A stretch of 64,000 nucleotides of DNA. Source: Bryobacterales bacterium. GTDB lineage: Bacteria > Acidobacteriota > Terriglobia > Bryobacterales > UBA6623. The stretch is from NCBI GenBank assembly GCA_965218555.1, contig OZ244625.1, forward strand, positions 4,553,609 to 4,617,608, in the 5' to 3' direction. Under the pieces are notes generated by a model, which was not told the DNA's origin, did no database searches, and saw nothing but the letters and a program-made list of their open reading frames with translations. A program made the position numbers and the translations under genes. Below, piece by piece: positions 9,399 through 19,004 of the stretch (position 1 is its first letter; every line of letters starts with the position of its first letter).

Positions 9399-10568
9399 AT
9401 GGAAAAGACCGCGGACGCCGTCGTGATCGGCGGCGGCATCATGGGAGCCGCCACGGCCCATTTTCTGGCCAAGCAGCAATTCGGCAAGGTGGTACTGCTG
9501 GAAAAGAGCAGACTGGCCGCCGTGAGCACCGGCCACTCGGCGGCCATTGTACGAACCTTCTACTCGAACCCGCTGACCTTGCGGCTGGCGTTGCGGGCTC
9601 GGGAGATGTTCGAGAACGCCGAGCAGGAGTTGGGGGGCGACTGCGAATTCCGGCGCACCGGCTATTGCTGCATCTTTGCGGAGAAGGCGGCCCCGACCGG
9701 CGAGCAGTTGCTGGCGATCGAGCGGCCCGCGGGGGTGCTGGCGGAGCGGGTATCGCGCGCCCAGATCCAAGAGTTGGCGCCCCTGCTCAACGTCGATGAT
9801 GTGCTGTTCGGGATCTACGAGCCCCTTTCCGGTTACGTCAATCCGGTCAAGACCACCGCGAATCTGGTGGGCCGCGCGAAGGACTGGGGCCTGCGGGCCT
9901 ATGAAGGCGTCCGCGCCACGCGCATTTGTTTGCAGGGAGAGCGCGTCAGCGCCGTCGAGACCGATCAGGGGACGATCGCAACCGGGGTGGCCGTCAACGC
10001 GGCCGGCGGCTGGGGGCGCGCCCTGGGTCTGACGGTCGGGTTGAACTATTCGTTGCGCTGGAGCCGCGAGACCGACCTCGTCATGCAACGGCCGGCGGGC
10101 TGCGGCAGCTTCCCCGTTATCGCCGACCCCAACCTGCAGGTCTACCTGCGGCCGCACGGCGACAATCAGGTGCTGGCCGGGCTGGGGCCGCCCAAAGAGA
10201 TCGAGCCGCTCGACATCGACGACTATGATCCCTTGATTGACGCCGCGCAGCGGGGACGCATCGAGAAGGGGCTGTTTCAAAGGATGCCGGCGCTGCGGGA
10301 TCAGGACTATGTGAAGGGCTGGGCCTCGATGTATACCGTCACCGATGATTGGCATCCGCTGATCGGACCCGAACCGGGCCTGGAGGGCTACTATGCGGCC
10401 TTCGGCGGCAGCGGCCACGGCTTCAAGCTGGGACCACCCGTCGCCGAATCGCTGAGCAACATCATCGCCGGGCTGCCCCCGCCCATCGATATCCACCCCT
10501 TCCGCCCCCAGCGCTTCATCGAAGGGGAACTGTTTACCTCCGCTTGGGGCAGCGGCAACCGCGCCTAG
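9399..10568 (+). CDS. FAD-dependent oxidoreductase, DAO / sarcosine oxidase beta family
   Basis: VIGGGIMG dinucleotide fold, STGHSAAIVR, VNAAGGWG, TDDWHPLIG and GGSGHGFKLGP. Confidence 0.92.
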   Translation: MEKTADAVVIGGGIMGAATAHFLAKQQFGKVVLLEKSRLAAVSTGHSAAIVRTFYSNPLTLRLALRAREMFENAEQELGGDCEFRRTGYCCIFAEKAAPTGEQLLAIERPAGVLAERVSRAQIQELAPLLNVDDVLFGIYEPLSGYVNPVKTTANLVGRAKDWGLRAYEGVRATRICLQGERVSAVETDQGTIATGVAVNAAGGWGRALGLTVGLNYSLRWSRETDLVMQRPAGCGSFPVIADPNLQVYLRPHGDNQVLAGLGPPKEIEPLDIDDYDPLIDAAQRGRIEKGLFQRMPALRDQDYVKGWASMYTVTDDWHPLIGPEPGLEGYYAAFGGSGHGFKLGPPVAESLSNIIAGLPPPIDIHPFRPQRFIEGELFTSAWGSGNRA

Positions 10569-11469
10569 CTGTGGAACCTCAACAGGTTGTTCCCAGTCAG
10601 GCCGAGACGGCTGATGGGTGGGTAGGCTTTAAGACTAGCGTGCGGCCGGTGCCAATGGTAGCGGTGGAGCCAGGGTGCGAGGCATTGGGCGCGCTGCGAG
10701 GAGGTGTTGTAGGTGAGGGCGTAGGCCCACTCGCGCAGGGCGGTCTGGATGAAGCGTTCGGCTTTGCCGTTGGCAGGTGGGGTGAAGGGCCGGGTGTAGC
10801 GATGGCGCAGGCGGTGTTGGGCGCAGCGCGCATTGAAGGCTCGGGAACGGTAACACCCGCCGTTGTCAGTAAGTACGCGACGGACGCGGATGCCGAGGCG
10901 GCGGTTTGGTCGGGGTAGAGCTGAGAGAAGGCAAGGCGGGAGTGGTCGTCGATGCAGACAAGGAGGTATTCCCGGCCGGCGCCGGGGCTGGTGTGGCCCC
11001 GGTCCCCGGTGAGGCGGTGACCGGGGCGGTGAAAGCGGCCGAGTTTCTTGATATCAAGGTGCAGCAGGTCGCCCGGGCGGGGATGTTCGTAGCGGCGGAC
11101 GGGTGGCGCCGGGTCGAGGGCACAGAGGCGGGCAAGGCCCTGGCGGCGGAGGACCCGACTGACGGTAGCAGGCGCCACCCCGACAGTGGCGGCGATCTGT
11201 GCGCCGGTCCAGCGCAGCCGGCGCAAGGCGGTGATGCGGCTGATGACGGTGGCCGGTATCGTCCGTGGCGAGCGATGCGGACGCGAGCTGCGGTCGAGCA
11301 AGCCGTCGGCGCCCTCGGCCCGATAGCGGTCTACCCACTTGCGCACGGTGTGCGCACAGACCCCGAAGACGTTGGCCACCGCCTTCGGGGTCTGGCCCTC
11401 GTCGAGGATCCGCCGGACAACAGCGGCTCGACTTTGCGGGGTCAACTTGGCATTCTGATGGATGTTCAC
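10565..11469 (-). pseudogene. IS481-family transposase, frameshifted by a 46-bp internal deletion
   Basis: Near-identical to 26633-27583 up to YPDQTAA, then changes frame. 905 nt versus 951 nt for copy B. Confidence 0.9.
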
Positions 11470-11555
11470 TCGGTCCTCCTTCCGGGAAACTGTGTGCTGG
11501 GTACCCTCAGTTTCCTCGGTCGGGACCGAGTGAACAACCTATTGAAAGATCACAG
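10570..11555 (-). mobile_element. IS481-family element, copy A (defective)
   Basis: TGT/ACA ends and imperfect terminal IR shared with copy B. CTAGC target repeat at 10565-10569 and 11556-11559 (completed at 12707-12711 beyond the IS630). Confidence 0.93.
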
Positions 11556-12710
11556 CTAGTGTACTGTCCCGGAAATGCATGATATATTAATGGGCAACTT
11601 TTGGTTTCTGGAGGTATGCCCATGCCACGCGGTCGCCCCGTTGCTCCCATCACTCTCCGTGAAAGCGAGGAAACGGAACTGCGGAGCCTCGCCCGCTCCC
11701 GAACGCTGCCGCATAGTCTGGTGCGGAGGGCCCAGATTGTGCTCGCCTGCGCCGCAGGCGTTCCCGGCTCGACCGTAGCCCGGCGTCTCGGTGTCACCAA
11801 TACGACCGTTGGCAAGTGGCGCAAGCGCTATCGTGAACAGGGAATCTCCGGACTCCACGATGAACTGTGTCCCGGACGCCCCCGCAGGCATGACGATGAA
11901 CGTGTTGCCGAAGTCATCAACACGGCCCTCGGAACCGACCCCCCGGATGGTTCGCACTGGAGCGTGCGTTCGATGGCCCAACACACGGGAGTCTCGAAGA
12001 GTACGGTCCAGCGGTGGTTCGAGCTGTTCGGCGTGCAGCCGCATCGCCAGCGGCATTTCAAGATTTCCAACGACCCGTTCTTCGTCGAGAAAGTCCGCGA
12101 CATCGTCGGTCTCTACCTCAACCCCCCGGACCACGCCGTGGTGCTCTCGGTCGATGAGAAGACCCAGGTCCAGGCTCTTCAGCGGACTCAGCCCCTCCTC
12201 CCGATGGGCCTTGGCTACCTCGAAGGCGTCACCCACGACTACCAACGTCACGGTACGACCACTCTGTTCGCTGCTCTCGATGTTGCCACGGGGCAAGTCA
12301 TCACACGCTGTAAACCGCGACACCGCCATCAGGAGTTCCTCGCTTTCCTGCGTCAGATCGACGGCAGTGTGCCGCGCAACCTCGACATCCATCTCATCGT
12401 CGATAACTATGCCACCCACAAACATCCCAAAGTTCGTGCCTGGCTCGCCCGGCGTCCTCGCTACCACCTTCATTTCACCCCAACCTATGCCTCCTGGCTC
12501 AACCAAGTCGAACGCTGGTTCGGCATCATTACCCAGAAGGCCATTCGCCGTGGTTCCTTCTCCAGCGTCAAGGCTCTCGTCCGTAACATTGAGCGCTTCG
12601 TCGAACACTACAACGCCAACACCAGCCCCTTCGTCTGGACCGCCACGGCCGAATCCATCCTCGCCAAGATCGAACGACTTTGTTTATATATTTCCGGGAC
12701 AGTACACTAG
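11556..12710 (+). mobile_element. IS630-family insertion sequence (coordinates include the flanking CTAG on both sides)
   Basis: Perfect 21-nt inverted repeat ctagtgtactgtcccggaaat (11556-11576) / atttccgggacagtacactag (12690-12710). TA within CTAG is the known IS630 target. Confidence 0.95.
11622..12710 (+). CDS. IS630-family transposase
   Basis: HWSVRSMA, VDEKTQVQAL, HDYQRHGT, IVDNYATH and SWLNQVERWF DDE motifs. GGAGG RBS upstream of ATG 11622. Confidence 0.95.
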   Translation: MPRGRPVAPITLRESEETELRSLARSRTLPHSLVRRAQIVLACAAGVPGSTVARRLGVTNTTVGKWRKRYREQGISGLHDELCPGRPRRHDDERVAEVINTALGTDPPDGSHWSVRSMAQHTGVSKSTVQRWFELFGVQPHRQRHFKISNDPFFVEKVRDIVGLYLNPPDHAVVLSVDEKTQVQALQRTQPLLPMGLGYLEGVTHDYQRHGTTTLFAALDVATGQVITRCKPRHRHQEFLAFLRQIDGSVPRNLDIHLIVDNYATHKHPKVRAWLARRPRYHLHFTPTYASWLNQVERWFGIITQKAIRRGSFSSVKALVRNIERFVEHYNANTSPFVWTATAESILAKIERLCLYISGTVH

Positions 12711-12805
12711 CCACCCTCTTGCATGTCGAACGGCTGAGAGTAAGCGATAAGCCGAAAAAAGGCTGTAGAGAATAACTTTGCGATGTCGAAGTTATTGAAA
12801 ACAAA

Positions 12806-12881
12806 TGGAGCCACGGGTCGGAGTCGAACCGACGACCTGCGGTTTACGAAACCGCTGCTCTACCAACTGAGCTACCGTGGC
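12806..12881 (-). tRNA. tRNA-Thr(CGT)
   Basis: Reverse complement is gccacggtagctcagttggtagagcagcggtttcgtaaaccgcaggtcgtcggttcgactccgacccgtggctcca: 76 nt, D-loop, anticodon loop TT-CGT-AA, GGTTCGA T-loop and encoded CCA. Confidence 0.97.
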
Positions 12882-12900
12882 CTAAGGCGAGAACCTTTGT

Positions 12901-12909
12901 ATTTTATCA
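12901..12909 (-). promoter_or_regulatory. Candidate extended -10 promoter for tRNA-Thr
   Basis: TGaTAAAAT on the minus strand about 20 nt upstream of the tRNA 5' end. No good -35. Confidence 0.4.
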
Positions 12910-13202
12910 ACGAGGTGTCTCACCATGATCCCATGAGTACGTGGAGTCGGGGTGATACAGAAATTCAACGAAGGCGAGGGTTCGCGAGATCTTCGTCTCG
13001 ATCCACAGATTGCTGTATTCGACGGTCCTGGGAGCGGTTGTCCCGCATGTGAGCCCGTCACGCCCGCACAGTACGAGGGCGGCAATGGCCGATCCATCAA
13101 ATTCGCAGGGCAGGTAGAGCTTTAAATCCGCCGTAATTTACATGCGTGCATGGTCATTCCATCACGCACTGCAAGACCTGCCTCCACGCATCGAGACGTT
13201 GC

Positions 13203-15536
13203 TCAGCGGCCGACCGTCACGCGGTGAGGACTCGACCAGGCTTGATGGCCTTCGGCTACTTTAAGGTTGCCTGGGTAGTGGGGCGATACGCCTTCGATCT
13301 CGATGCGCCAGTAATACCAGTGAAAGCCCTTTGCCGGCGTGTCTGTATAGGACTTCTGAAGCGACATCCGGCCGTCGCCGGGGACAACGAGAATCTCGTC
13401 CCCATCCTTGACAAGGACAGCCCGCACGAGCGTCCGGGGCGTGCGCACATCGAGTGTCAGCTCGACCGGACCCGCGCTCTCAACGTCCTGTCCCATGAAG
13501 ACACCATTCGCGCGCGCGTCGATCTCGATGCGTGATCCGTTCGTGGCGAAAACGCGGCGGTCTTTAATGGCTTGGAGGATCGCGGCCGGCGTCAGCTCGG
13601 GGGCGTAGATCCCGGTAAGACCGCCGCCCGTACCGGGGCTGCGGCGATGGCCATCGCTTGTGGCGACGAAGCCCACCTTGAATCCAGCCGACAAATCGCG
13701 GTGAATCTTCTCAGGCTTGTCCATGAAAACGGCCCAACCCGAGGCTGCCTCGATATTGCCTTCGCAAGGACGCCGAATCAGCCGAAAGTGCGGGTGCTGC
13801 GTATTCATCACCCCGCCCGCGGCTTCGACGAGATCACAGAGTTCGTCGAAGTTGCCGTTGTTCTCTGCGTGCCGGATCAGCGGCGTCTCGTTACCCGCGA
13901 AGATCACTGTCCGGTGATTGGGGCGCTTATCATCCGTGCGGTCGGACCACTCCCAGCCGGGCAGGGCAATGAACCTTCCAGGCTCCGTGTACTTGCGGCT
14001 CAGATAGACGCCGAAACGATAGGTCGATTCCGGCAACATTCCGCCGCGGAGAGAGCCCTGAGGATTGGCGTCAAGCCACGAGGAAGCATCGTTTTCCTGC
14101 AAGACGATGACGTCGATCTTGGCCTTATCGCGGGCATAGTTCAACAGCTCATCGGGCTCGCCTTCGGCGTCTTGCGTCAAGGCGCTGTGTGCGTGTAGGT
14201 CGCCCCAGTAGAGATAGTGCGTTTCACCGCCGATCTTGATGGACCTCCGTGGGCCGAAGTCGCGTAGAGGAAGCCTTTGCGGTTTCCATCCGGCATCGCT
14301 AGTGGGTATTCGAATCGGTTGGGCGCGCGCGAGATCGACGTGGAGCGTGCGGTAGTTGTGCATCCGGTCCATGCCGAGCAAGGTCAGCACGCCGTTGTCG
14401 GCGCGGCGTGAGTTAGGCACTTCATAGCTGATGAGACCAGCGTGGACACGAACGGGTTCAGACCACTCTTTTCCATCGAACCGCAACCCGAACAACTCGC
14501 CGGGCTCGGTGCTTCGGTCGACAACAATTTTGTGCTCCCAAAGAAGCCAGACGTGACCGGCGTCTTCAACCAGCATCGGGTGGCGGCGACGGCCGGAGTA
14601 GCCGGTGACGATCGCCGGCTCGGGCTCCATTGGGAAGAGCAGGCCGTGGCTCAGGTTCGCGATGTCCGTGCTTTCGTCTTTCTCCAGGAGCCTCCACTGC
14701 CCGCTCTCCCTACGCGCTGCCTGCAGGGTGTTCCATTGATCGATTGCGCCGTCTCCTGCGGTCACATCGATGTTCGCGATCCAAGCGACAACCAGACCCG
14801 TCCCCGAACCGTAAACGGCCGTGGGCTTAAGGCAACTCTTCCCGGGTGGCGACAGACGTTCGATCGGGCCGGGCTCGGGGGTGATACGGCGTCCGAAGAC
14901 CGCGTAGTCCGGGTTCTCATAGCGATCCCAAAAGGCCCACAGTTCGCCTTCCGGACTGGCGGCAAGCGTGGGCCGATGTGAAGTCTTTGTAGGTTCTGAC
15001 ACGGTACCGGTACGTCCCCAATGCTCGCCGTCCCAGACACGCACCCGGATGCGCTGCGGTTCGCCGCCATGGTCTTCCCATGCGACGGCGACCTTGCCCG
15101 AAAATACCGTCGCCGCCGGCAGGAGAGCATGCCGCCCTCGGGTGCTGATCGGTTCGATCGGCTCCCAAAAACCGTCGTTCAGACGCCGCTCGACGATTCG
15201 CCAGAAACCGTCTCTCTCTACCTGCCAAAAGGCCCAGCCCGACCGAGCGTCCGTCGCGACGAAGACGGGTTGGTAGTAGACGCCGACGCCGGCAGTGAGT
15301 TGCCGTGCATGGGCACGGCGGGAGTTGTCGAAACGCGTTGAATAGATCCTTTCGTGGTGCAGCTTATAGGTGTTCCAGACGTAGGTAATCGGGCCGTTGG
15401 GGTGGAGGTCAAAGGTTCCTTGATGGGCGAGGCCGTGGTGGTCGGCATTGACGACCATCTCGTAGGGGAGGTGCTGAGCGGGCGAGATTCCGGCCAGAGT
15501 GAGAAGTAAGGCCGAGAGAAGGAGGTGTTGCTTCAT
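13203..15536 (-). CDS. Secreted CehA/McbA-type (PHP-fold, DUF3604-like) metallohydrolase with a long N-terminal beta-rich region
   Basis: Signal peptide MKQHLLLSALLLTLAG. PHP metal motifs YWGDLHAHS, PGWEWS, QHPH and TSDGHR. Confidence 0.78.
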   Translation of the reverse strand: MKQHLLLSALLLTLAGISPAQHLPYEMVVNADHHGLAHQGTFDLHPNGPITYVWNTYKLHHERIYSTRFDNSRRAHARQLTAGVGVYYQPVFVATDARSGWAFWQVERDGFWRIVERRLNDGFWEPIEPISTRGRHALLPAATVFSGKVAVAWEDHGGEPQRIRVRVWDGEHWGRTGTVSEPTKTSHRPTLAASPEGELWAFWDRYENPDYAVFGRRITPEPGPIERLSPPGKSCLKPTAVYGSGTGLVVAWIANIDVTAGDGAIDQWNTLQAARRESGQWRLLEKDESTDIANLSHGLLFPMEPEPAIVTGYSGRRRHPMLVEDAGHVWLLWEHKIVVDRSTEPGELFGLRFDGKEWSEPVRVHAGLISYEVPNSRRADNGVLTLLGMDRMHNYRTLHVDLARAQPIRIPTSDAGWKPQRLPLRDFGPRRSIKIGGETHYLYWGDLHAHSALTQDAEGEPDELLNYARDKAKIDVIVLQENDASSWLDANPQGSLRGGMLPESTYRFGVYLSRKYTEPGRFIALPGWEWSDRTDDKRPNHRTVIFAGNETPLIRHAENNGNFDELCDLVEAAGGVMNTQHPHFRLIRRPCEGNIEAASGWAVFMDKPEKIHRDLSAGFKVGFVATSDGHRRSPGTGGGLTGIYAPELTPAAILQAIKDRRVFATNGSRIEIDARANGVFMGQDVESAGPVELTLDVRTPRTLVRAVLVKDGDEILVVPGDGRMSLQKSYTDTPAKGFHWYYWRIEIEGVSPHYPGNLKVAEGHQAWSSPHRVTVGR

Positions 15537-15677
15537 GTCCGGCATGATAGCAACCAAGGCGGGTTGGACTTGGGGAGGCTGATGAGTCGGAGAGCCAAGA
15601 TCAAGGTCGGCTTGGCGGATGGAGAACCTGCGGCGGTACGGGGTTCCGCTCCGTCCTTATTCCAAATACGGTTATGC

Positions 15678-17366
15678 CTAGTCGCCCTCGGCTGAACTCT
15701 TGGCCATCGTCGAGCTCAACATCACCGTGTCCTTGCGGAATCGCAGAACTGCCTCCACCACCAGCCACAGGCTTAATAAGAATATCGACAGCGCTACGAA
15801 CGTCAACAGCATCTGCCCGCCCGTTGCGTATTTCCGCAGGTCGAGTAACATCGCGGTCACGGTCATTACCATCATGAAGGCCATCGGAACCGCCGTATAC
15901 CAGTAGTTTCGCCCGCGTTGCCGCAGATAGATGCTGATCGTCAGCAGCGTCAACGCACCTAGAACCTGATTCGTGCTGCCGAACAAGCTCCAAAGCGCCA
16001 ACCCGGCCGGTTGTCCGTCGATCTGATAGAACGCAAAAAAGCCGATCAGCGAAACAGCGATCATCGAAGCCACGTAACGTCCACCCAATTGCGGCACGCC
16101 GATCGAGTTCGCTATCTCGCCGATGTTGTAGCGCAGAAGACGCGTTCCGGAATCCAGGGAAGTCAGAGCGAACGAAACCGCCACCAGCGCGATGAACGCT
16201 TGCGCCAAGTCCATGGGCAGTCCCAGCTTCGTGATGAACAGTGCAGATCCTTCGATGAATGCCCGCATCTTTTCCGATAGCCCACTCGCGGCACCCCAGC
16301 TCGAATAGTGCGCGCTCCACGCCTCAATCGATCGGAACCCCGCCGTGCAGGCCAACACCGCTAACAAGCCCAGCAGCGACTCGCCAACCATCCCGCCGTA
16401 GCCTACAAACACGGCATCCGTTTCCTTGTCGATTTGCTTCGACGTCGTTCCCGACGAGACCAGTCCGTGGAAACCCGACACCGCACCGCACGCAATCACG
16501 ATAAACACAAACGGAAAGATCGGCGGCGCGCCGGCCGGATTCGTGCTCACCGCCGGTGCCGCAAAGTCCGGCATCAGCAGGAAGAATCCCAAGTACGCTG
16601 TTCCCAAGCCCAAGTACAGCAGCAGCGAATTCAAATAGTCCCTTGGCTGGAGCAGCAGCCAAACCGGCAGAATCGACGCCGCCAACGCGTAAGCCAACAG
16701 AATCAGGATCCACGAATCCGCCGTCAAGTCCGGCCGCGCGATCTGAAGGCCCACCCAAATCGACAGCATCATTAGCGCAAAACCAATTGCCGTCGCCTTG
16801 CCGATGTCTGCCGAGTGCTTGTATACCCTCCACCCGATGATCATTGCGACTCCCATCAGGAAGAACGTCGGAAAAACAGACTCCGGATAGAAGGCCGCCG
16901 TGAAAAGCCCCGCAATCGTCCGCACGAAAACGCCCATCACCAAGCAGATCAAAAACAGGATGATCAACAGGAAGATTGATTTTGCACGGCGCCCGATCAA
17001 GTCCTCAGCCACTTTGCCAACGCTCAAACCCTTGTGCCGCATCGACACGACCAGCGCTCCGAAGTCGTGAACCGCGCCGATAAACAGCGTTCCCAGCACC
17101 ACCCACAACATTCCCGGCAGCCATCCCCAAATCACCGCGATCGCCGGCCCGAGCATCGGAGCCAGTCCTGCGATGGACGCATAGTGATGCCCGAAAAGGA
17201 CCGCTCGCCGGCAGGGCACGTAGTCTACACCGTCGTTCATATCGTGCGCCGGTGTGCTCTTCGTCGGATCAAGTTGGAAGATCCGCACCCCCAGATGCCG
17301 TGCATAGAAGCGGTAAACAACGAAGTAAAGCAAAAAGCAACCCGCCGCTGCGAATACCGGCGCCAT
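15678..17366 (-). CDS. cstA: Carbon starvation protein A family transporter (peptide/pyruvate uptake)
   Basis: PAHDMNDGVDYVP, LFGHHYASIAGLAPMLGP, LLQPRDYLNS, ACGAVSGFHGLVSSGTTSKQ and FALTSLDSGTRL. Confidence 0.95.
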   Translation of the reverse strand: MAPVFAAAGCFLLYFVVYRFYARHLGVRIFQLDPTKSTPAHDMNDGVDYVPCRRAVLFGHHYASIAGLAPMLGPAIAVIWGWLPGMLWVVLGTLFIGAVHDFGALVVSMRHKGLSVGKVAEDLIGRRAKSIFLLIILFLICLVMGVFVRTIAGLFTAAFYPESVFPTFFLMGVAMIIGWRVYKHSADIGKATAIGFALMMLSIWVGLQIARPDLTADSWILILLAYALAASILPVWLLLQPRDYLNSLLLYLGLGTAYLGFFLLMPDFAAPAVSTNPAGAPPIFPFVFIVIACGAVSGFHGLVSSGTTSKQIDKETDAVFVGYGGMVGESLLGLLAVLACTAGFRSIEAWSAHYSSWGAASGLSEKMRAFIEGSALFITKLGLPMDLAQAFIALVAVSFALTSLDSGTRLLRYNIGEIANSIGVPQLGGRYVASMIAVSLIGFFAFYQIDGQPAGLALWSLFGSTNQVLGALTLLTISIYLRQRGRNYWYTAVPMAFMMVMTVTAMLLDLRKYATGGQMLLTFVALSIFLLSLWLVVEAVLRFRKDTVMLSSTMAKSSAEGD

Positions 17367-17753
17367 AAACAACCCCCTGGTCTTCCGCGGCCAAGGGCAA
17401 CTCGATCTCCCTCGCCGGCGGCGCTCCTATCATAAACGACCCACCCCTCCCCAACACAACCGGTCCCGGTGGGGCGGGGACACGACGCCTACTCAGGCCA
17501 AACCCAGTCGCGACAAATCCCGCCCCACCCGCATCCGAAACCGTCTGGCCGGGTAAACTCTCAGCAAACATACTCGGAGCCGCAGGCGTGAGCCTGCGCT
17601 GCGAAACCGCCATGGCGGCTCTACCGAGGCAGGGAACCCGCAAGGCAGCCGGTCGGCGCTTCGCAGTTGACGGTAGTGTTCAACACAGGCTTGCGGAATG
17701 CCTATCCTTGGTAACGTCCGTGGAACAGCGCAGATCAGCACACTGACGAGGCA

Positions 17754-19004
17754 CTATGCGGGGCTGTGCTGCTGAAGCGGTTTTTCAGGATCAATCGCCA
17801 ACCAGAAGAGGGCGCTGACGGCATAGTAGCCCGCCGCGATCAATAGCGGAATCCGCCAAGAACCGTACGTTTCGACCAGCCAGCCGAAGGCCACCGGAGC
17901 GATGACCCCGCCGATCTGCCCGAGTGAATTCATGGTGCCTGAGACGGTGCCGGCGTGCTCGCGGCCGATGTCGAGGCAGGTCGCCCAGCAAACAGCGAGG
18001 ATCAGGTCGGAGGCGCCGAAGCTGAGCACGAGGGACGTGATTGCGATTGTGTTGTTTTCGGCGAGTGCGGCGACCGAGATCAGAATAGACGCGGCAAGAA
18101 GGCTGCACATGCTGGGAATGCGGCGGGCCCACCGAAGCCGGATGCGGCGGGACAGGTAGTCTGTCAACCAGCCGCCCAGAAAGTTACAGGCTGCCCCCGC
18201 GAGCAGGGGCAGCATCGCATAGTAACCAACGTCGCTCAGCGTGATGCCGCGGTCCTCTTCGAGATAGGTGGGGAGCCAAGTGAGGTAGAAATACAGTCCG
18301 TAGGCGTAGCCGGAATACATCGCGCACAAGGCCCAAACGTTGCGACTGCGAATCAGGAGCGCCCAGGGGACCTTATGCGAGTGCGTAGAAGCTGCGCGGC
18401 CTTTCTGAATGACGGCCAATTCTTCGGCGTTGACCGAGGGGTGCTCTTCGGGTGAGTTGCGATACCAGGAAGTCCAAAACACGGCCCAGACGAGTCCGAG
18501 TCCGGCGAACACCCAATAGACGCCGCGCCAACCCATGATGCTCATCAGAGCGATGACCAGCGGTGGTGCAAGGGCGCCGCCGAGGCGGCTGCCGACCATG
18601 ATCACGGCTTGGGCGCGTCCGCGCTCGGAGAACGAAAACCAGTGTGAGATGGCCGAAGCCGAGCCCGGAAATGCCCCCGCTTCCCCGCAGCCGAAGAGGA
18701 AACGGACGACGATCAAACTGGTGTAGTTCCAAGCTAGGCCGGTGGCTGCCGTGAAGACGGACCACCAGATCACGATGCGCGTGAGCAGGGCCCGCGCGCC
18801 GAATCGATCGGCGAGCCGGCCTCCGGGGATTTCGAACAGCACGTAGCCGAGCACAAAAGCGCTGAAGACTTCGCCCATCTGTACTTTGCTCAGACCCAAC
18901 TCGGCAGACATAACGGTTGCCGTGGCGCCGATGCAGACGCGGTCGAGGTAGGTAACCAGCGTGAGCGCGAACATCAAGCCGAGCACTTTGTAGCGCGCGG
19001 GCAT
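17754..19004 (-). CDS. MFS transporter, anion:cation symporter (sugar-acid/glucarate-like) type
   Basis: TYLDRVCI, EIPGGRLADRFG, RFLFGCGEAGAFP, WYRNSPEEHPSVN and GTVSGTMN. About 12 hydrophobic segments. Confidence 0.92.
   Translation of the reverse strand: MPARYKVLGLMFALTLVTYLDRVCIGATATVMSAELGLSKVQMGEVFSAFVLGYVLFEIPGGRLADRFGARALLTRIVIWWSVFTAATGLAWNYTSLIVVRFLFGCGEAGAFPGSASAISHWFSFSERGRAQAVIMVGSRLGGALAPPLVIALMSIMGWRGVYWVFAGLGLVWAVFWTSWYRNSPEEHPSVNAEELAVIQKGRAASTHSHKVPWALLIRSRNVWALCAMYSGYAYGLYFYLTWLPTYLEEDRGITLSDVGYYAMLPLLAGAACNFLGGWLTDYLSRRIRLRWARRIPSMCSLLAASILISVAALAENNTIAITSLVLSFGASDLILAVCWATCLDIGREHAGTVSGTMNSLGQIGGVIAPVAFGWLVETYGSWRIPLLIAAGYYAVSALFWLAIDPEKPLQQHSPA

Noticed and set aside
8850-10496. 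548-aa minus-strand ORF, and similar long antisense ORFs (for example 20288-21844, 34526-35710, 44362-45549, 57790-59052)
   Set aside because: They shadow well-supported genes on the other strand. Long stop-free antisense frames are expected in GC-rich coding DNA, and they show no motifs.
12937-13125. Open frame VRGVGVIQKFNEGEG...CPAC...KFAGQVEL with a faint cold-shock-domain resemblance
   Set aside because: The RNP motifs (GFGFI, VFVH) are absent and there is no clear RBS, so the similarity is too weak.
17493-17741. ORF beside cstA containing IGIP...VEH, reminiscent of the CstA partner YbdD/YjiX
   Set aside because: It lies upstream rather than downstream of cstA, lacks the YEEFFRER and terminal CC motifs, and has no RBS.
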